A stretch of DNA of 64,000 nt. Origin: a virus (taxonomy: Duplodnaviria > Caudoviricetes). Made by a program: the position numbers and the translations under genes. The notes below the pieces were generated by a model. That model made no database searches, was not told the origin of the DNA, and worked only from the letters and a program-made list of their open reading frames with translations. Below are positions 1 through 10,356 of this stretch, piece by piece (positions within the stretch are counted from its first letter, which is position 1; each line of letters starts with the position of its first letter). Where the stretch lies: IMG/VR virus record IMGVR_UViG_2923084042_000004, positions 1 through 64,000 of that record; one strand, given 5' to 3'.

Positions 1-849
1 TTAGGTTGCCTCCTTTATTTCAACAGCTGAATCATCAATCCAGCCAATAAGTTTATCATTGATTTGGAATTGGTACCATACAGACTGGCCTTTCTGTTTT
101 TTAGACACAACCTTTATGTCTTTGCCGACGTAAGATTGGGCAGAGGTAAGCCTTATGGACCGATCATCAGTAGAAGGCTTGGACCATACGTCTTGAACGG
201 CACTGTCTTTAATAGAGGCGTTTAAATCCACAGATTTGAGGGATGGATTTACCTCATCGTACTCATCTAAATCGTATTTTTCCACAATAGCACTGATTTT
301 GTCAGCGTAGTCAGGGTCTGTAGCATATCCTGATGTTTGCAGGGCGGTTGCCGCTTCCTTATAATTCCCTGCCTCAAGCACCGGTTTATACTTCTTTTTA
401 TTCCACGATGTGCCACGGACGAACAATTGGGCGTGATCATCCATAGATTCAAAAAACGTGCTGTATTTTCGAAACTTCGCGCGAATGGTTTTTCTTTTCC
501 CTTTTTCAACTTCGTCCGTTTCCATCGTGACATGATGGCCTTTATAATTCCCTTTTACGCCAAAAAGGTTGTTGGCCTTAGCAGCCAGTTCACTGTTCCC
601 CCAGTCCGATTCGAGAATGGCCTGAGCAATTGTGATGCTGGGGAGAACATGGTATTTTTCATACAAAATTTGGGCATGTCCGGACAGACTGTCTATAAAT
701 ACTTGCTGTTCATCGATTTCTTCAGTTTCTTTGGATATTTCAATCGGTTTTGATAAAGTTGTCGCTAAAACAAACAGAGCTAGCGGAATCGATACAAGGA
801 AAAATAGTGAAATCAAGAGTTTACGTTTTTTAAGTTTTTTACGGGCCAT
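1..849 (-). CDS. lytG: Exo-glucosaminidase LytG (GH73 + GW domain)
   Basis: MARKKLKKRK start at 849 gives 282 aa; AQAILESDWG, NNLFGVKG and YATDPDY glucosaminidase motifs. Confidence 0.93.
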   Translation of the reverse strand: MARKKLKKRKLLISLFFLVSIPLALFVLATTLSKPIEISKETEEIDEQQVFIDSLSGHAQILYEKYHVLPSITIAQAILESDWGNSELAAKANNLFGVKGNYKGHHVTMETDEVEKGKRKTIRAKFRKYSTFFESMDDHAQLFVRGTSWNKKKYKPVLEAGNYKEAATALQTSGYATDPDYADKISAIVEKYDLDEYDEVNPSLKSVDLNASIKDSAVQDVWSKPSTDDRSIRLTSAQSYVGKDIKVVSKKQKGQSVWYQFQINDKLIGWIDDSAVEIKEAT

Positions 850-1009
850 GAAAACCTTCCTTCGAATTAAAAGATTACGAATGTAAAAGAATCTACCTTT
901 TAGAATTTTACTTGCACTTCTAATATTTTTCAATTCTTTAGGGATAAAGTTGGGAAAAGATTGCAAAATAAAAACCTTTTCGCTCAATGAAAAGGTTTTT
1001 ACCATGTTT

Positions 1010-2545
1010 CTATTTTTGTAAATTTCTGAGTGCATTCCGATATTCCGTATCATTTATTACTTTATATGATTTGACAGTTGCCTTCGACAAACCTTGTGCT
1101 GAGACGGCCGGTTTTTCCGGAGCTGTTTTCGCTTTATCATGTGGTTTATGTGCCAGCTTGTGCCCCATTCCAGTGGCATTCATACAAAATGACAGGCAGA
1201 CGAGCAGCACGCTAAGGATAAAAGAAATGAAGAAGAGATCATGATAAGCAGTCATCATAGAATCCTGTACCGAACCACTTTGTCTGGCAGCATCTTTTTT
1301 CGTGAAAAAGCCGATGAGAATGGGAACTCCCATATAGACAAACAATCTTAAAAACTGAACAGCTGTCATTCTCTTGACCAAATCAGGCAGCGGGCCTCCC
1401 ATGGCAGCTCCCATCAGCCCTGCGGCGACTGTCAGGCCTGTTCCCGCTGCAAGCATGATAAACAGTGCCGCGAACATATAAAGAGATGATCGATCCAGCA
1501 TATGCAGCCATTGAAAATTCACAAAAACGAGAATGAGTCCGCCGATAATACCGAGCATCCCTGGTCCGACTTTATCATATAACAGAGCGCTCAAAATGGC
1601 CGCGATCGCCACTCCGATTAAAAGAGTCAAGTTTAAAAAAATGAGATGCTCCTGAGAAATATCATACATTTGACGGAGCAAGCCTTGAAAAGCAGACAGG
1701 CTGACAGCTACCGTTATCGTCCCTGCAGCTATGATCAATAAGCCAAGCACCGGTTTTGGCAGCAGCATCAGTTTAATAGATATGAAGGGGTTTTTCACTT
1801 TATATTCCACAATCAATAGACCAATGAGCAAACATAACGTCACCCCGAAACCAATCCATACATAACCCGATGACAGCCCCCATTTTTGCAGAAAAATGAA
1901 TGAAACCGCTGAGGCTGCGGCAAGGAAAACAGATAAAAGAATTCCCGCACGATCAAGCGGCTGTTCTTGATCCGCCGCTCCGTGATGCTCGTCATGAAGA
2001 AAGAAATAGCTCACCGCGACACCGATCAGGGACAAGGTGCCAAAGTTAAAAAACAGCCATCTCCAATGCCCGCAGCTTGTTGCAATGGTTCCCAGGATTG
2101 TGCCGATGATAACAGAACCATAGAATCCCCCGATCAGCACAAGCAGTGCATAGTTCCTGCGTTCAATCGGGAATGACAGTACAAGCATTGGAATCATAAT
2201 CATCAGCATGACGCCTGTTGCCGCCCCCTGTAAAAAGCGCCCTGCCGCCATCCATGCAATATCGCCTGAACATGCGATGAGCAGTGAGCCTAGTATAAAG
2301 ACAGGTAATGAAGCCAGATAGACGGGACGAGCACCGAATTTTTTCCTCAGCAGCGGTCCTGCCGGAACTAACAAGGCAAAGGCCATATTGCCGATCAATA
2401 TCGGATTTACTGATGTAAAGACACTTGTTCCAACCGCTTTCTGAACAAGGCCTTGAACTGACGACAATGCCGTGTTAGACATCAATCCCGGCCCGACCGC
2501 TAAGACGGCGAGCAAAGAAATCACCCAATAGTGTTTTGTCTTCAT
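1010..2545 (-). CDS. yubD: MFS transporter YubD
   Basis: Many TM helices, GRFLQGA MFS motif; start MKTKHYW at 2545; synteny with lytG and cdoA. Confidence 0.85.
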   Translation of the reverse strand: MKTKHYWVISLLAVLAVGPGLMSNTALSSVQGLVQKAVGTSVFTSVNPILIGNMAFALLVPAGPLLRKKFGARPVYLASLPVFILGSLLIACSGDIAWMAAGRFLQGAATGVMLMIMIPMLVLSFPIERRNYALLVLIGGFYGSVIIGTILGTIATSCGHWRWLFFNFGTLSLIGVAVSYFFLHDEHHGAADQEQPLDRAGILLSVFLAAASAVSFIFLQKWGLSSGYVWIGFGVTLCLLIGLLIVEYKVKNPFISIKLMLLPKPVLGLLIIAAGTITVAVSLSAFQGLLRQMYDISQEHLIFLNLTLLIGVAIAAILSALLYDKVGPGMLGIIGGLILVFVNFQWLHMLDRSSLYMFAALFIMLAAGTGLTVAAGLMGAAMGGPLPDLVKRMTAVQFLRLFVYMGVPILIGFFTKKDAARQSGSVQDSMMTAYHDLFFISFILSVLLVCLSFCMNATGMGHKLAHKPHDKAKTAPEKPAVSAQGLSKATVKSYKVINDTEYRNALRNLQK

Positions 2546-3030
2546 GTTGTCATTCCTTCCTATATGAATACATGCGAAACACATCATTTTTTGAAACCAA
2601 AAGAAGCTAATAGATTTTGCATACCATTAGCTTTCATTCTAATATTCTCCCTTTCAAGGGAAATGATATTATTTTATTATAATTATGTGAATGAATGAGC
2701 ATATAATCAAATATTATTTCAAATCGATTGTGTTTTGTCAATGGAGTAAATTTCAAGCACAACATAGAAAGCTTGAAAGCTTTTCCCCGATATTGTGTTT
2801 TGGAGCCAAGGGGCCTAGAACTGAACTTATGGATCCCTGCTCGTTCCCTCAAGCGAATTAAAGCAGGCCGTTTTAACCCTTTCAATCCACTATTCCCACT
2901 AATAAACTCGAATAAGTTGGTGATAAGACAACATTTTGGCCGCACATTTTTTTGTGTTCACTGGGCATTTGCCGCCTCTAAATTGTATATGGGTAAATAC
3001 CATGAATTAACCTATGAAATACCAATGTAA

Positions 3031-3549
<519 letters not shown>

Positions 3550-3621
3550 TTGACAGATAAACTGCTCACTTTGACTTCGCTCAACTGGAGGATTCAGAGA
3601 ATGAATCTTTTCCTCAAAACA

Positions 3622-3647
3622 AAAAAACCCTTATAGAATAAGGGTTT
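3622..3647. terminator. Intrinsic terminator downstream of the tRNA 3' end and of cdoA
   Basis: AAACCCTTA-TAGAA-TAAGGGTTT hairpin with A tract. Confidence 0.7.
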
Positions 3648-3654
3648 ACAGGTA

Positions 3655-3697
3655 TGGAGCCAAGGGGGCTCGAACCCCTGACCTCTACGCTGCCAGC
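3655..3697 (-). repeat. att site: 3' half of tRNA-Ala(GGC) left by prophage integration
   Basis: Reverse complement GCTGGCAGCGTAGAGGTCAGGGGTTCGAGCCCCCTTGGCTCCA gives anticodon loop, T arm and acceptor strand; the 5' half is replaced by phage DNA. Confidence 0.9.
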
Positions 3698-3715
3698 TTT
3701 CCGAAAGTTTTTTCC

Positions 3716-3791
3716 GGTAAGTCAACCGTTTAGTCATTACGGAAAGTCAAGCGTTTCAACGTTTAGTCACCGTTAGTCAATCGTCAGTTAT
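3716..3791. repeat. Putative integrase arm-type sites
   Basis: Five AGTCA-core repeats (e.g. CGTTTAGTCA twice) immediately inside att. Confidence 0.5.
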
Positions 3792-3831
3792 TAAATTATA
3801 CGATACAGGGGCGCTACGTTGCAAGCAACGG

Positions 3832-4647
3832 TTACTCTACGCTGCTCAACAGCGCCTTAAAACGTTCCATAAGCGATCCCCCACGATTTAAGCGCGCCTT
3901 AACCGTCCAAGCCGCCTTCCTAAACCCAGCGTATAGGTAATCATCGAAACGCTTAATTTCGTGCGATTTCGCTTTCATAATCGTTGCGTGCCACGCTTCA
4001 ACGAAAGGCTCCGCATGATCTTCGAGTCTGATCGTTCTGTCTACGCTTGCCTTAGCGCGCAAAAGAATTCCGTAGTATTTATAAATCTTATCGGCGTCAA
4101 AGTAGCGAGCCATTGCGTTATAGATTTCGCTAGGCAACGCGCCCTTTAACGCTTCAGCCGGGACCGCCGCCGTATCTAATACGTTATTTTGGTTTTTAGA
4201 ACGCTTAATTAAATCCGATGGTTCGTTTTTTGTTTTCGGTGCCTCAGCCGTTGATTCCGTAGGCTTTTCGGCTTGTCCGCGATTGGACATTGTCGACTGG
4301 TCATCCTCGGCTTCACTAGCGTTATTAACCGGCAGGATCACGATGATGTTCGCGCCTTTTCCTCCGTTAATCTTCCGCGTAGTAGCAACCTTCTTTACGA
4401 TGCCGAGCCCCGCTAATTTATTCAGCGCCCGCCGCGCCGTCTTAACGGATTTCTCGATCAGGCCCGCCAACGTTTCCGCTTTAAGATGAGCCGCTCCGTT
4501 AAACTTAACCGCGTACCTTGCGATCATCTTAAGCGCCCGGCGATCCGTATCGTTAAGCTCGTATGTATTGCGTTTGATATGTTCGTAAACAGATTCGTTA
4601 AGTTGATCCGTCGAGTCGAACGTTTGGTGTTCCGCTAAGTAATGCAT
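3832..4647 (-). CDS. Winged-HTH DNA-binding / replication-initiator-like protein
   Basis: wHTH pattern LKAETLAGLIEKSVKTARRALNKL, low-complexity linker, helical C-domain. Confidence 0.65.
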   Translation of the reverse strand: MHYLAEHQTFDSTDQLNESVYEHIKRNTYELNDTDRRALKMIARYAVKFNGAAHLKAETLAGLIEKSVKTARRALNKLAGLGIVKKVATTRKINGGKGANIIVILPVNNASEAEDDQSTMSNRGQAEKPTESTAEAPKTKNEPSDLIKRSKNQNNVLDTAAVPAEALKGALPSEIYNAMARYFDADKIYKYYGILLRAKASVDRTIRLEDHAEPFVEAWHATIMKAKSHEIKRFDDYLYAGFRKAAWTVKARLNRGGSLMERFKALLSSVE

Positions 4648-4665
4648 AACAATTCCGCCTCCCGT

Positions 4666-4757
4666 AATTTACGTTTAACGTAAGTATAATTACGTTTTCC
4701 GAAATTGTCAATTACGTATTGCGTAATTCAGCGAAATAAATTATACTTAACGTAATT
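4666..4757. promoter_or_regulatory. Divergent promoter region with repeated TTACG-N5-CGTAA operators
   Basis: TTACGTTTAACGTAA, TTACGTTTTCCGAAA, TTACGTATTGCGTAA, TTATACTTAACGTAA between the wHTH gene and an XRE gene. Confidence 0.65.
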
Positions 4758-4766
4758 GAACCGGAG

Positions 4767-4970
4767 GTGTTAACGATGAAGCTTCGGCTTAAAGAAATTC
4801 TTAAAGAACGTGATATCGAACAGCAAGACCTCGCCGCAATGACCGGCCTGTCTACGCGAACGATTAGCGAACTTTGCAACAACAAAACGAAGCGCTATCC
4901 ATCGGACGCGCTTGAACGAATTGTATTGGCATTAGAGATTACGGACGCAAACGAACTTTTCGAGATTTAG
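4767..4970 (+). CDS. XRE/Cro-like HTH regulator
   Basis: RLKEILKER...QQDLAAMTGLSTRTISEL. Confidence 0.85.
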   Translation: MLTMKLRLKEILKERDIEQQDLAAMTGLSTRTISELCNNKTKRYPSDALERIVLALEITDANELFEI

Positions 4971-5596
4971 CTGGCCGGTTGAGGTTGCTGCTTTGTTATC
5001 GACTGGATGAACGCAGTAAAGGTCGGCGCCTGGAATACCTTAAATGGAAACGAAGGCAGCCCGTATCGCGTATCCGACAGAATCAATACGTGCGGAAACA
5101 TAATCCGTTCGGGATTCTGCCACGATTCCAGCGCAATAATGCCCGACTGGAAAAACGCTTCGTACCGATCTAACTTTTCGCGCATCTGCTTTTCCGTATA
5201 GACCGACCGCTGCACCTCGATAAAGAAAGGCGTCCGCCGATATAACGCAAATATATCCGGCTCGACCGTACCTTTATCGCCGTACTTCGGCTCCACCAAG
5301 AACGACTCCAACGCCTGCCCTCGCATCTCCTTATATACGTTACCTATCGCAAGAAAATGATCGATCTTGGCGCTGTTCTTTTTCATCGTTGTTTCGCCGC
5401 CAAAGTAAACGTAAGGCTGGCGCGCCGTAGATCGCTGAATATGTCCGTCTCTAAGTAACCGCAGCAGAACGTTATTGGCTGCGTATTTTGGTCTGCGCAA
5501 ATTTCCGAAATGTAGCTCGGCAATCATATCGCGATCCATTACGCGAAATTTATTAAGATCCGCAATGATCGCTTTATCTCGGTTAGTAAGGGCCAT
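4967..5596 (-). CDS. Replication-relaxation (Replic_Relax) family protein
   Basis: N-terminal wHTH (LTNRDKAII), DHFLAI, PD...FFIEVQRS nuclease-like motif; adjacent to FtsK. Confidence 0.8.
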   Translation of the reverse strand: MALTNRDKAIIADLNKFRVMDRDMIAELHFGNLRRPKYAANNVLLRLLRDGHIQRSTARQPYVYFGGETTMKKNSAKIDHFLAIGNVYKEMRGQALESFLVEPKYGDKGTVEPDIFALYRRTPFFIEVQRSVYTEKQMREKLDRYEAFFQSGIIALESWQNPERIMFPHVLILSDTRYGLPSFPFKVFQAPTFTAFIQSITKQQPQPAS

Positions 5597-6737
5597 CGAT
5601 AAACACGTCCTTTTCCGTTAAGGTTTCCGGCTCGGCTGCCGGTGGCGTTACGTCTTTGGTCGGTGATTTCATTACGCAATACGGATTCAGCAGCGCCTTC
5701 GCCTCGTTCATTTCGAGATACGGCGCCTGTAGTTCGTAGGTTTTGTCGGCCGCCATTATAAAGCGCCCACTTACGTCTAGTTTTTCGGCGCCTGGCGTAT
5801 TGACGATTCGGGCCTCCGTTATATCGCGTAGCTTAAAGCCCATGCTTACGGTTAGATTGGCGCGAATCGTCGTATCAAGCGTTTTGGCATTCGGCCGTTG
5901 CATCGAAAGAATCGCGAATACTCCTAGCGTCCGACCTATCGCGACGAGCTCCGCTAATACGTCCATGATCTCGGCGTCTTTTCTTAATAGAAGAAACTCA
6001 TCAATACAGACGACTATATACGGTCGTTTACGGTCATCCGGGAGCTCATCGATATGGCTTATTTCGAACTGCTCCGTTAGGTTGCTGCGCTCATCTAATT
6101 CGCGTTTTATGCTTCGTAACATTCTTCGTATATCTTCCGCGCTCGTTAGAACGCACTGTACGTGTTCAACTTTCCGGAATACGTGAAACTCCGATTTCTT
6201 ACAGTCCGCGAGGTATAACTGCAGCCGGTCGGGTCGGTTCTGTTTTATCAGCGTCGTCAGGATCGATCGTAGCTGCGTTGACTTTCCGCTACCCGTTTCG
6301 CCTGCAATAAGAATATGCGGCTGTGTCAATAAATCGAAGCTTACGTATCGGCCATGGCGATCTTTGCCCGCTATAATGCCGAGCTTGTGGCGCTCAATGA
6401 CCGGCTGGATCTCCGCAAAGTCGTAGCGCAATACGGCCGGCATTTCGGCGCTATAAACCGTAAGCACATAACGCTTTAGATCGCCGCTTAGTTCAACGTT
6501 GCGTCCGAATACTTGCCGGAACACGAACTCTTTTTTCGCGATTTCTTTCGGGTCCATCCCGTTTAAAAGCGTAAATACATATCGCGTTCTCTCTTCGCTA
6601 ATATCAACGTCATGGATTTTCGGATACCGGCGCGCTTCCTTTCCGTTAGACAAACGTTTGGCTGCGTACAGGCCGGCGGCATCAAAGGCGTACTTTAGCG
6701 TCTGCTTGGCGTGAATATTGCGCAAAAACCGTTTCAT
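5583..6737 (-). CDS. FtsK/SpoIIIE-family ATPase
   Basis: PHILIAGETGSGKS Walker A, VVCIDE Walker B, SMQRP motif. Confidence 0.92.
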   Translation of the reverse strand: MKRFLRNIHAKQTLKYAFDAAGLYAAKRLSNGKEARRYPKIHDVDISEERTRYVFTLLNGMDPKEIAKKEFVFRQVFGRNVELSGDLKRYVLTVYSAEMPAVLRYDFAEIQPVIERHKLGIIAGKDRHGRYVSFDLLTQPHILIAGETGSGKSTQLRSILTTLIKQNRPDRLQLYLADCKKSEFHVFRKVEHVQCVLTSAEDIRRMLRSIKRELDERSNLTEQFEISHIDELPDDRKRPYIVVCIDEFLLLRKDAEIMDVLAELVAIGRTLGVFAILSMQRPNAKTLDTTIRANLTVSMGFKLRDITEARIVNTPGAEKLDVSGRFIMAADKTYELQAPYLEMNEAKALLNPYCVMKSPTKDVTPPAAEPETLTEKDVFIDGPY

Positions 6738-7030
6738 ATCGCGTTCAAAAAACGCAGTAGCAACACGGCATACCCCGCAGGTAGGACGAACCGTAAGAGC
6801 CCGTTTACTGCGTCTCCAATATACGCAAATTTACCGCCGAACAAGCGCCCTTCTAGCCAAGCAGCTCCGATGCAGACCAAGCCCACGCCACCCACTAACG
6901 CGTACAAGCCGACTACCTCCGGAGACATATCGAAAAATCCTGCCGCTGTGAATCCGCCGGGCACAAACGAAAATGCTCGCGTGAGCCCCGCCCTGTCGTT
7001 CCTTCGTCTCGCTTCGCTCATCTCTCTCAC
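6734..7030 (-). CDS. Small two-TM membrane protein (possible FtsK anchor); start uncertain
   Basis: Two hydrophobic helices; stop overlaps the FtsK start. Confidence 0.6.
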   Translation of the reverse strand: MREMSEARRRNDRAGLTRAFSFVPGGFTAAGFFDMSPEVVGLYALVGGVGLVCIGAAWLEGRLFGGKFAYIGDAVNGLLRFVLPAGYAVLLLRFLNAI

Positions 7031-7301
7031 TCCTTAACAAATTTCGCAAACGGCTTCGTTATGGGCGTTAAACGCGATAAAGTGCGGTAGGTTAACACGG
7101 TAATAACCGTTACGGAAGTCGTCGCTAAGTGCGGTAACCTTTTCGCAACTCTGCCAAACCTACCCGCACCCTACCGTTTAGCTGCCGTGTAGTTGCCGTT
7201 TAATAAACGTTACGCGATACGGATCGTCCAATATCACAGTTTTTTGCCTACGTTTAACTTTCCGATTTTTTGGACACGCTGATTTTAGGAGGTGTTGTCC
7301 G

Positions 7302-7526
7302 ATGTTTGGACTAGGTAAACGACGCAGCCGATTCGGCCGCTTTTTAGATCGAGAAGGAATCGCGCAGGAGGAAGTTCGCCAAAAGGCCGGCATAGGTCAC
7401 GGCACAATGACGAGCATGTGTAATGATCGCGATTATGCGCCGCGTATTTCAACGTGGGTAAAAGTACAGCGCGCTTTAAGGTCGCTGGGATACGAAGTCG
7501 ATCGAGAGGATTATTTTGACTGTTGA
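7302..7526 (+). CDS. XRE HTH regulator
   Basis: MFGLGKRRSRFGRFLD...HTH; AGGAGG RBS. Confidence 0.8.
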   Translation: MFGLGKRRSRFGRFLDREGIAQEEVRQKAGIGHGTMTSMCNDRDYAPRISTWVKVQRALRSLGYEVDREDYFDC

Positions 7527-7552
7527 TAATCGAACACACATTCGCATATAAT
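7523..7552 (+). promoter_or_regulatory. SigA-type promoter overlapped by a LexA (SOS) box
   Basis: TTGATA-N18-TATAAT with CGAACACACATTCG (7531-7544) in the spacer, upstream of the YolD-like gene. Confidence 0.65.
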
Positions 7553-7562
7553 AAATGCGGAG

Positions 7563-7907
7563 GTGTTCGCCATGGAGATCGAGGATAAACGGTGGGCGAT
7601 GCGCATTATATTACCGGAGCACAGAGCCGGCCTAGCGCGCCAAGCCGAAGATAAACGGAAGGTTGAAAAGCCGCAGTTGGATGCGCAGCAGATCGAAGAT
7701 ATGGAAATAACGGTCGCTGAGTCGATGGAGTTCGGTGCGCCGCTCGCATTCGAGGTTTACGACGATGGTTACATACGCGAAGTAATTGGCGCAGTACATT
7801 ACGTGGACCACATACGGAAGGAGTTTCGCGTGAAGGACGCCAAAGGCGATACAAATATCGTGAGGTTTGCGGATATCATAAACGTAAAAAATGCCCCATC
7901 CGATTAA
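7563..7907 (+). CDS. YolD-like protein
   Basis: ILPEH...KP.LD.QQ motif; SOS box upstream. Confidence 0.85.
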   Translation: MFAMEIEDKRWAMRIILPEHRAGLARQAEDKRKVEKPQLDAQQIEDMEITVAESMEFGAPLAFEVYDDGYIREVIGAVHYVDHIRKEFRVKDAKGDTNIVRFADIINVKNAPSD

Positions 7908-7924
7908 GGACGGGGCTGTTTTCG

Positions 7925-8230
7925 TTAGCCGACGTTTTTCACCCAGTCGACCGCTATATTCTGTTTGCATCGTCGGCAGCTATCGTTAACCTTCCCGCTC
8001 GTTACGAAGTTTTTATCGTGGCCGCAGTTCGGACAAGAATACCGTGCGCCTCCTAACGCGATTGCGAAAAACGGAAGACTAAAGAAGGCCAGTCCGAATC
8101 CCGGAAGAATTCCGATAATTGTGAGGCATAAAAGTACCGAAATCAACATAATAAATGAGCCAACGCACAAACTGATAATCCTACCGAACCCGAACTTTTT
8201 CTTCGCCACAGTCACCGTTTTATACTCCAC
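7925..8230 (-). CDS. Membrane protein with C-terminal zinc ribbon
   Basis: Two TM segments (LCLTIIGILPG) followed by CPNC and CRRC. Confidence 0.7.
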   Translation of the reverse strand: MEYKTVTVAKKKFGFGRIISLCVGSFIMLISVLLCLTIIGILPGFGLAFFSLPFFAIALGGARYSCPNCGHDKNFVTSGKVNDSCRRCKQNIAVDWVKNVG

Positions 8231-8354
8231 GTTAATTCACCCGTCCTTTATATGAGTTAGTAAAATTATACTACGGCGCCAAACTTATCCGCAATGAGTT
8301 TTTATGTACGCGAGCACCTACGTTATCATACGTAAGCACTCGCTAAAAGTTTCG

Positions 8355-8612
8355 TTATTTCGTTGTACCTTCGCGTTTGGCTCCGAGTTCAAAAAGACCT
8401 GTCGCAGCTAATCCCGCAAAGCCGCCGGCCCATAACCGTAGTACCAAGTCGAGGTCGGTAAACGGATAAGCTACTGCGCCTAGACCGATGCCAATTACGA
8501 AGCTTAACGCCGGAATTACATTAGTCGGAAGCTTAACCGTTTTCTTAACGAGTTGAACAAGCGCCGTTAAAATAGGCGCCAGCACAGTCGCGAAAATTAA
8601 AACGTCTTGCAT
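8355..8612 (-). CDS. Holin
   Basis: Three-TM small protein with WAGGFAGLAATGLFE, directly after the endolysin. Confidence 0.85.
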   Translation of the reverse strand: MQDVLIFATVLAPILTALVQLVKKTVKLPTNVIPALSFVIGIGLGAVAYPFTDLDLVLRLWAGGFAGLAATGLFELGAKREGTTK

Positions 8613-8631
8613 AGTATCGTCTCCCTTTTGG

Positions 8632-9576
8632 TTATTTTATTGTTGCGCCGGTTGATTTCGCAGCATAGATATTTACTTTTCCGAACTGATCCGTTTTGAT
8701 CGTATAGACGTCCGTTTGTGGGTTCGCAAGGACTTCGTACTTCAGACCGCCGAATTTCTGAGGGCGCAAGTAGCCGCATTCATTTCCTTTAACCGGCGCT
8801 TTGTTAGTCGGATAGATACGCCAAGAATCGGCCGAAGCCGGAAGGTAAACGTATTTCTTTCCTTTAGAGGTCGACGTTGAACCGCCTTTAAGCTTGAGCA
8901 CCTGGCCGACCGTAATTTTATTCGCGTTCTTGATACCGTTGTACGATTGAAGCTTCGTTACACTTACGCCTGTTTTCTCCGCTATTTCGGAAAGTGTGTC
9001 GCCTTTCTTGACGGTATAAGTAGACCCGGAAGCTTTTGGCGCTGATTTCTTCGCGGATGAAGATGACGTTGATTTTCCGCCGAGCGCTTTAAGTTCCGCC
9101 GCGATTGCCGCCTTTACAGATTCCCAACGTCCTTCAGCGAGCACGCGATGCGGACAATATTTGCCGGACCAATCCTGGTGCTTTCGGACACGATCAACGC
9201 CCCAGCCGCGCTCTTTTAACAGTTGCGCAATAAACTTAATCGCCAGCTTTTCGGCCGCTTTGTACTTAGCGCCTCCTGATTTCGAATAACAAACCTCTAC
9301 GCCGATAGACGTACGGTTTCCGGAATTTGATCCGTTACCGTCTCCGGTATGCCACGCGTTACGATCCGTCGGAATTCCTTGAACGACTTCCTTATCGTCC
9401 ACCGCGAAATGGTAAGATACTTCGTTGTTGTTTCCGATCATATACCGGATTTCTGCGTCTGCTGATGCGTCGTTCGCCGTATTGTGGAACGTAATGTATT
9501 TCGCATCCATAGAATACGGACACTTAACGGAATACTTACTTGATGCGACGAGATTCTTGCGTACTGAAATCGCCAT
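8632..9576 (-). CDS. Endolysin, N-acetylmuramoyl-L-alanine amidase with LysM (XlyA/XlyB-like)
   Basis: HNTANDASA, AWHTGDG, KHQDWSGKYCP; LysM YTVKKGDTLSEIA. Confidence 0.95.
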   Translation of the reverse strand: MAISVRKNLVASSKYSVKCPYSMDAKYITFHNTANDASADAEIRYMIGNNNEVSYHFAVDDKEVVQGIPTDRNAWHTGDGNGSNSGNRTSIGVEVCYSKSGGAKYKAAEKLAIKFIAQLLKERGWGVDRVRKHQDWSGKYCPHRVLAEGRWESVKAAIAAELKALGGKSTSSSSAKKSAPKASGSTYTVKKGDTLSEIAEKTGVSVTKLQSYNGIKNANKITVGQVLKLKGGSTSTSKGKKYVYLPASADSWRIYPTNKAPVKGNECGYLRPQKFGGLKYEVLANPQTDVYTIKTDQFGKVNIYAAKSTGATIK

Positions 9577-9648
9577 TATATCGTCTCCTTTCGAATTTAA
9601 AAAAGCCCGCCGGGACTCTCACCTGACGGGCGCATTGCGTTTATTTGG

Positions 9649-9852
9649 TTATTCTCTTCCGCGAAATTTTTCTTCGAGTCTATCGATCTTATCGATGATG
9701 ACATCATACTTATCGCTAAACTTATCGAGTAGATCCTGCAGCCTTGATTCGCGTTCCCGGTTCGACTTCATGACGTAAATAAGAAGCCACGTAAAAAGGA
9801 CCGCGAAGGGCCCTTGCGTTAAAAAATATTTAATTACGTCTAGTTCGCCCAA
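9649..9852 (-). CDS. BhlA/UviB holin-like protein
   Basis: QGPFAVLFTWLLIYV...RESR motif. Confidence 0.88.
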   Translation of the reverse strand: MGELDVIKYFLTQGPFAVLFTWLLIYVMKSNRERESRLQDLLDKFSDKYDVIIDKIDRLEEKFRGRE

Positions 9853-9876
9853 TTATGGCGCCCTCCTTTCCGTTAA

Positions 9877-10047
9877 TTAAGCAATATCTTCACTAGGCGG
9901 ATTATCCGGATCGTAAGGATCTCCAGTGATATCTTCGTATTGTTCCGGTGTGATCCGTCCTACTGCGACGACGTCGTGGACCTGCTTTTTCGTCCAAAGG
10001 CCGTTCTCATAAAACCCTTTAATATACGTAAACCAATCGATTGTCAT
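9877..10047 (-). CDS. XkdX-family small tail protein (56 aa, not in ORF track)
   Basis: MTIDWFTYIKGFYENGLWTKKQVHDVVAVGRITPEQYEDITG; AGGAGG RBS. Confidence 0.85.
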   Translation of the reverse strand: MTIDWFTYIKGFYENGLWTKKQVHDVVAVGRITPEQYEDITGDPYDPDNPPSEDIA

Positions 10048-10341
10048 TTACGATCCTCCTAACGCGATTAAGTAGTATAGATCCGCCACTTGTTTCTGAA
10101 GGACTTCGATTTCTGACGGCCCGGGGTCAGGAGGCTGTAAGCTGTCGATGTATTCTTGTGTAGCTGTTTCGCGCCATTCCGATTTGCCTTTATCGAACAC
10201 CGGTTTATACATGCCGGAGCCGTCGGGATTAACAGGAGGGATATCTGTGTACCCTTCCGGAATATCCTCGCCGTTATTGATAATCATATTTTCTGACGGC
10301 ACATAATTCATTTTGTTGTCGTATTTGTATATTTGTTTCAT
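10048..10341 (-). CDS. Tail fibre assembly / XkdW-like protein
   Basis: YTDIPP..GMYKPVFD...W pattern; position between fibre gene and XkdX. Confidence 0.65.
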   Translation of the reverse strand: MKQIYKYDNKMNYVPSENMIINNGEDIPEGYTDIPPVNPDGSGMYKPVFDKGKSEWRETATQEYIDSLQPPDPGPSEIEVLQKQVADLYYLIALGGS

Positions 10342-10356
10342 TTGATAACGCCTCCT

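Noticed and set aside
2634-3030. Two ~100-aa ORFs between yubD and cdoA
   Set aside because: Overlapping on opposite strands, no RBS or motifs; likely intergenic.
3655-3697. Complete tRNA-Ala gene
   Set aside because: Only the 3' half is present; the D arm and 5' acceptor strand are missing, so it is called an att remnant.
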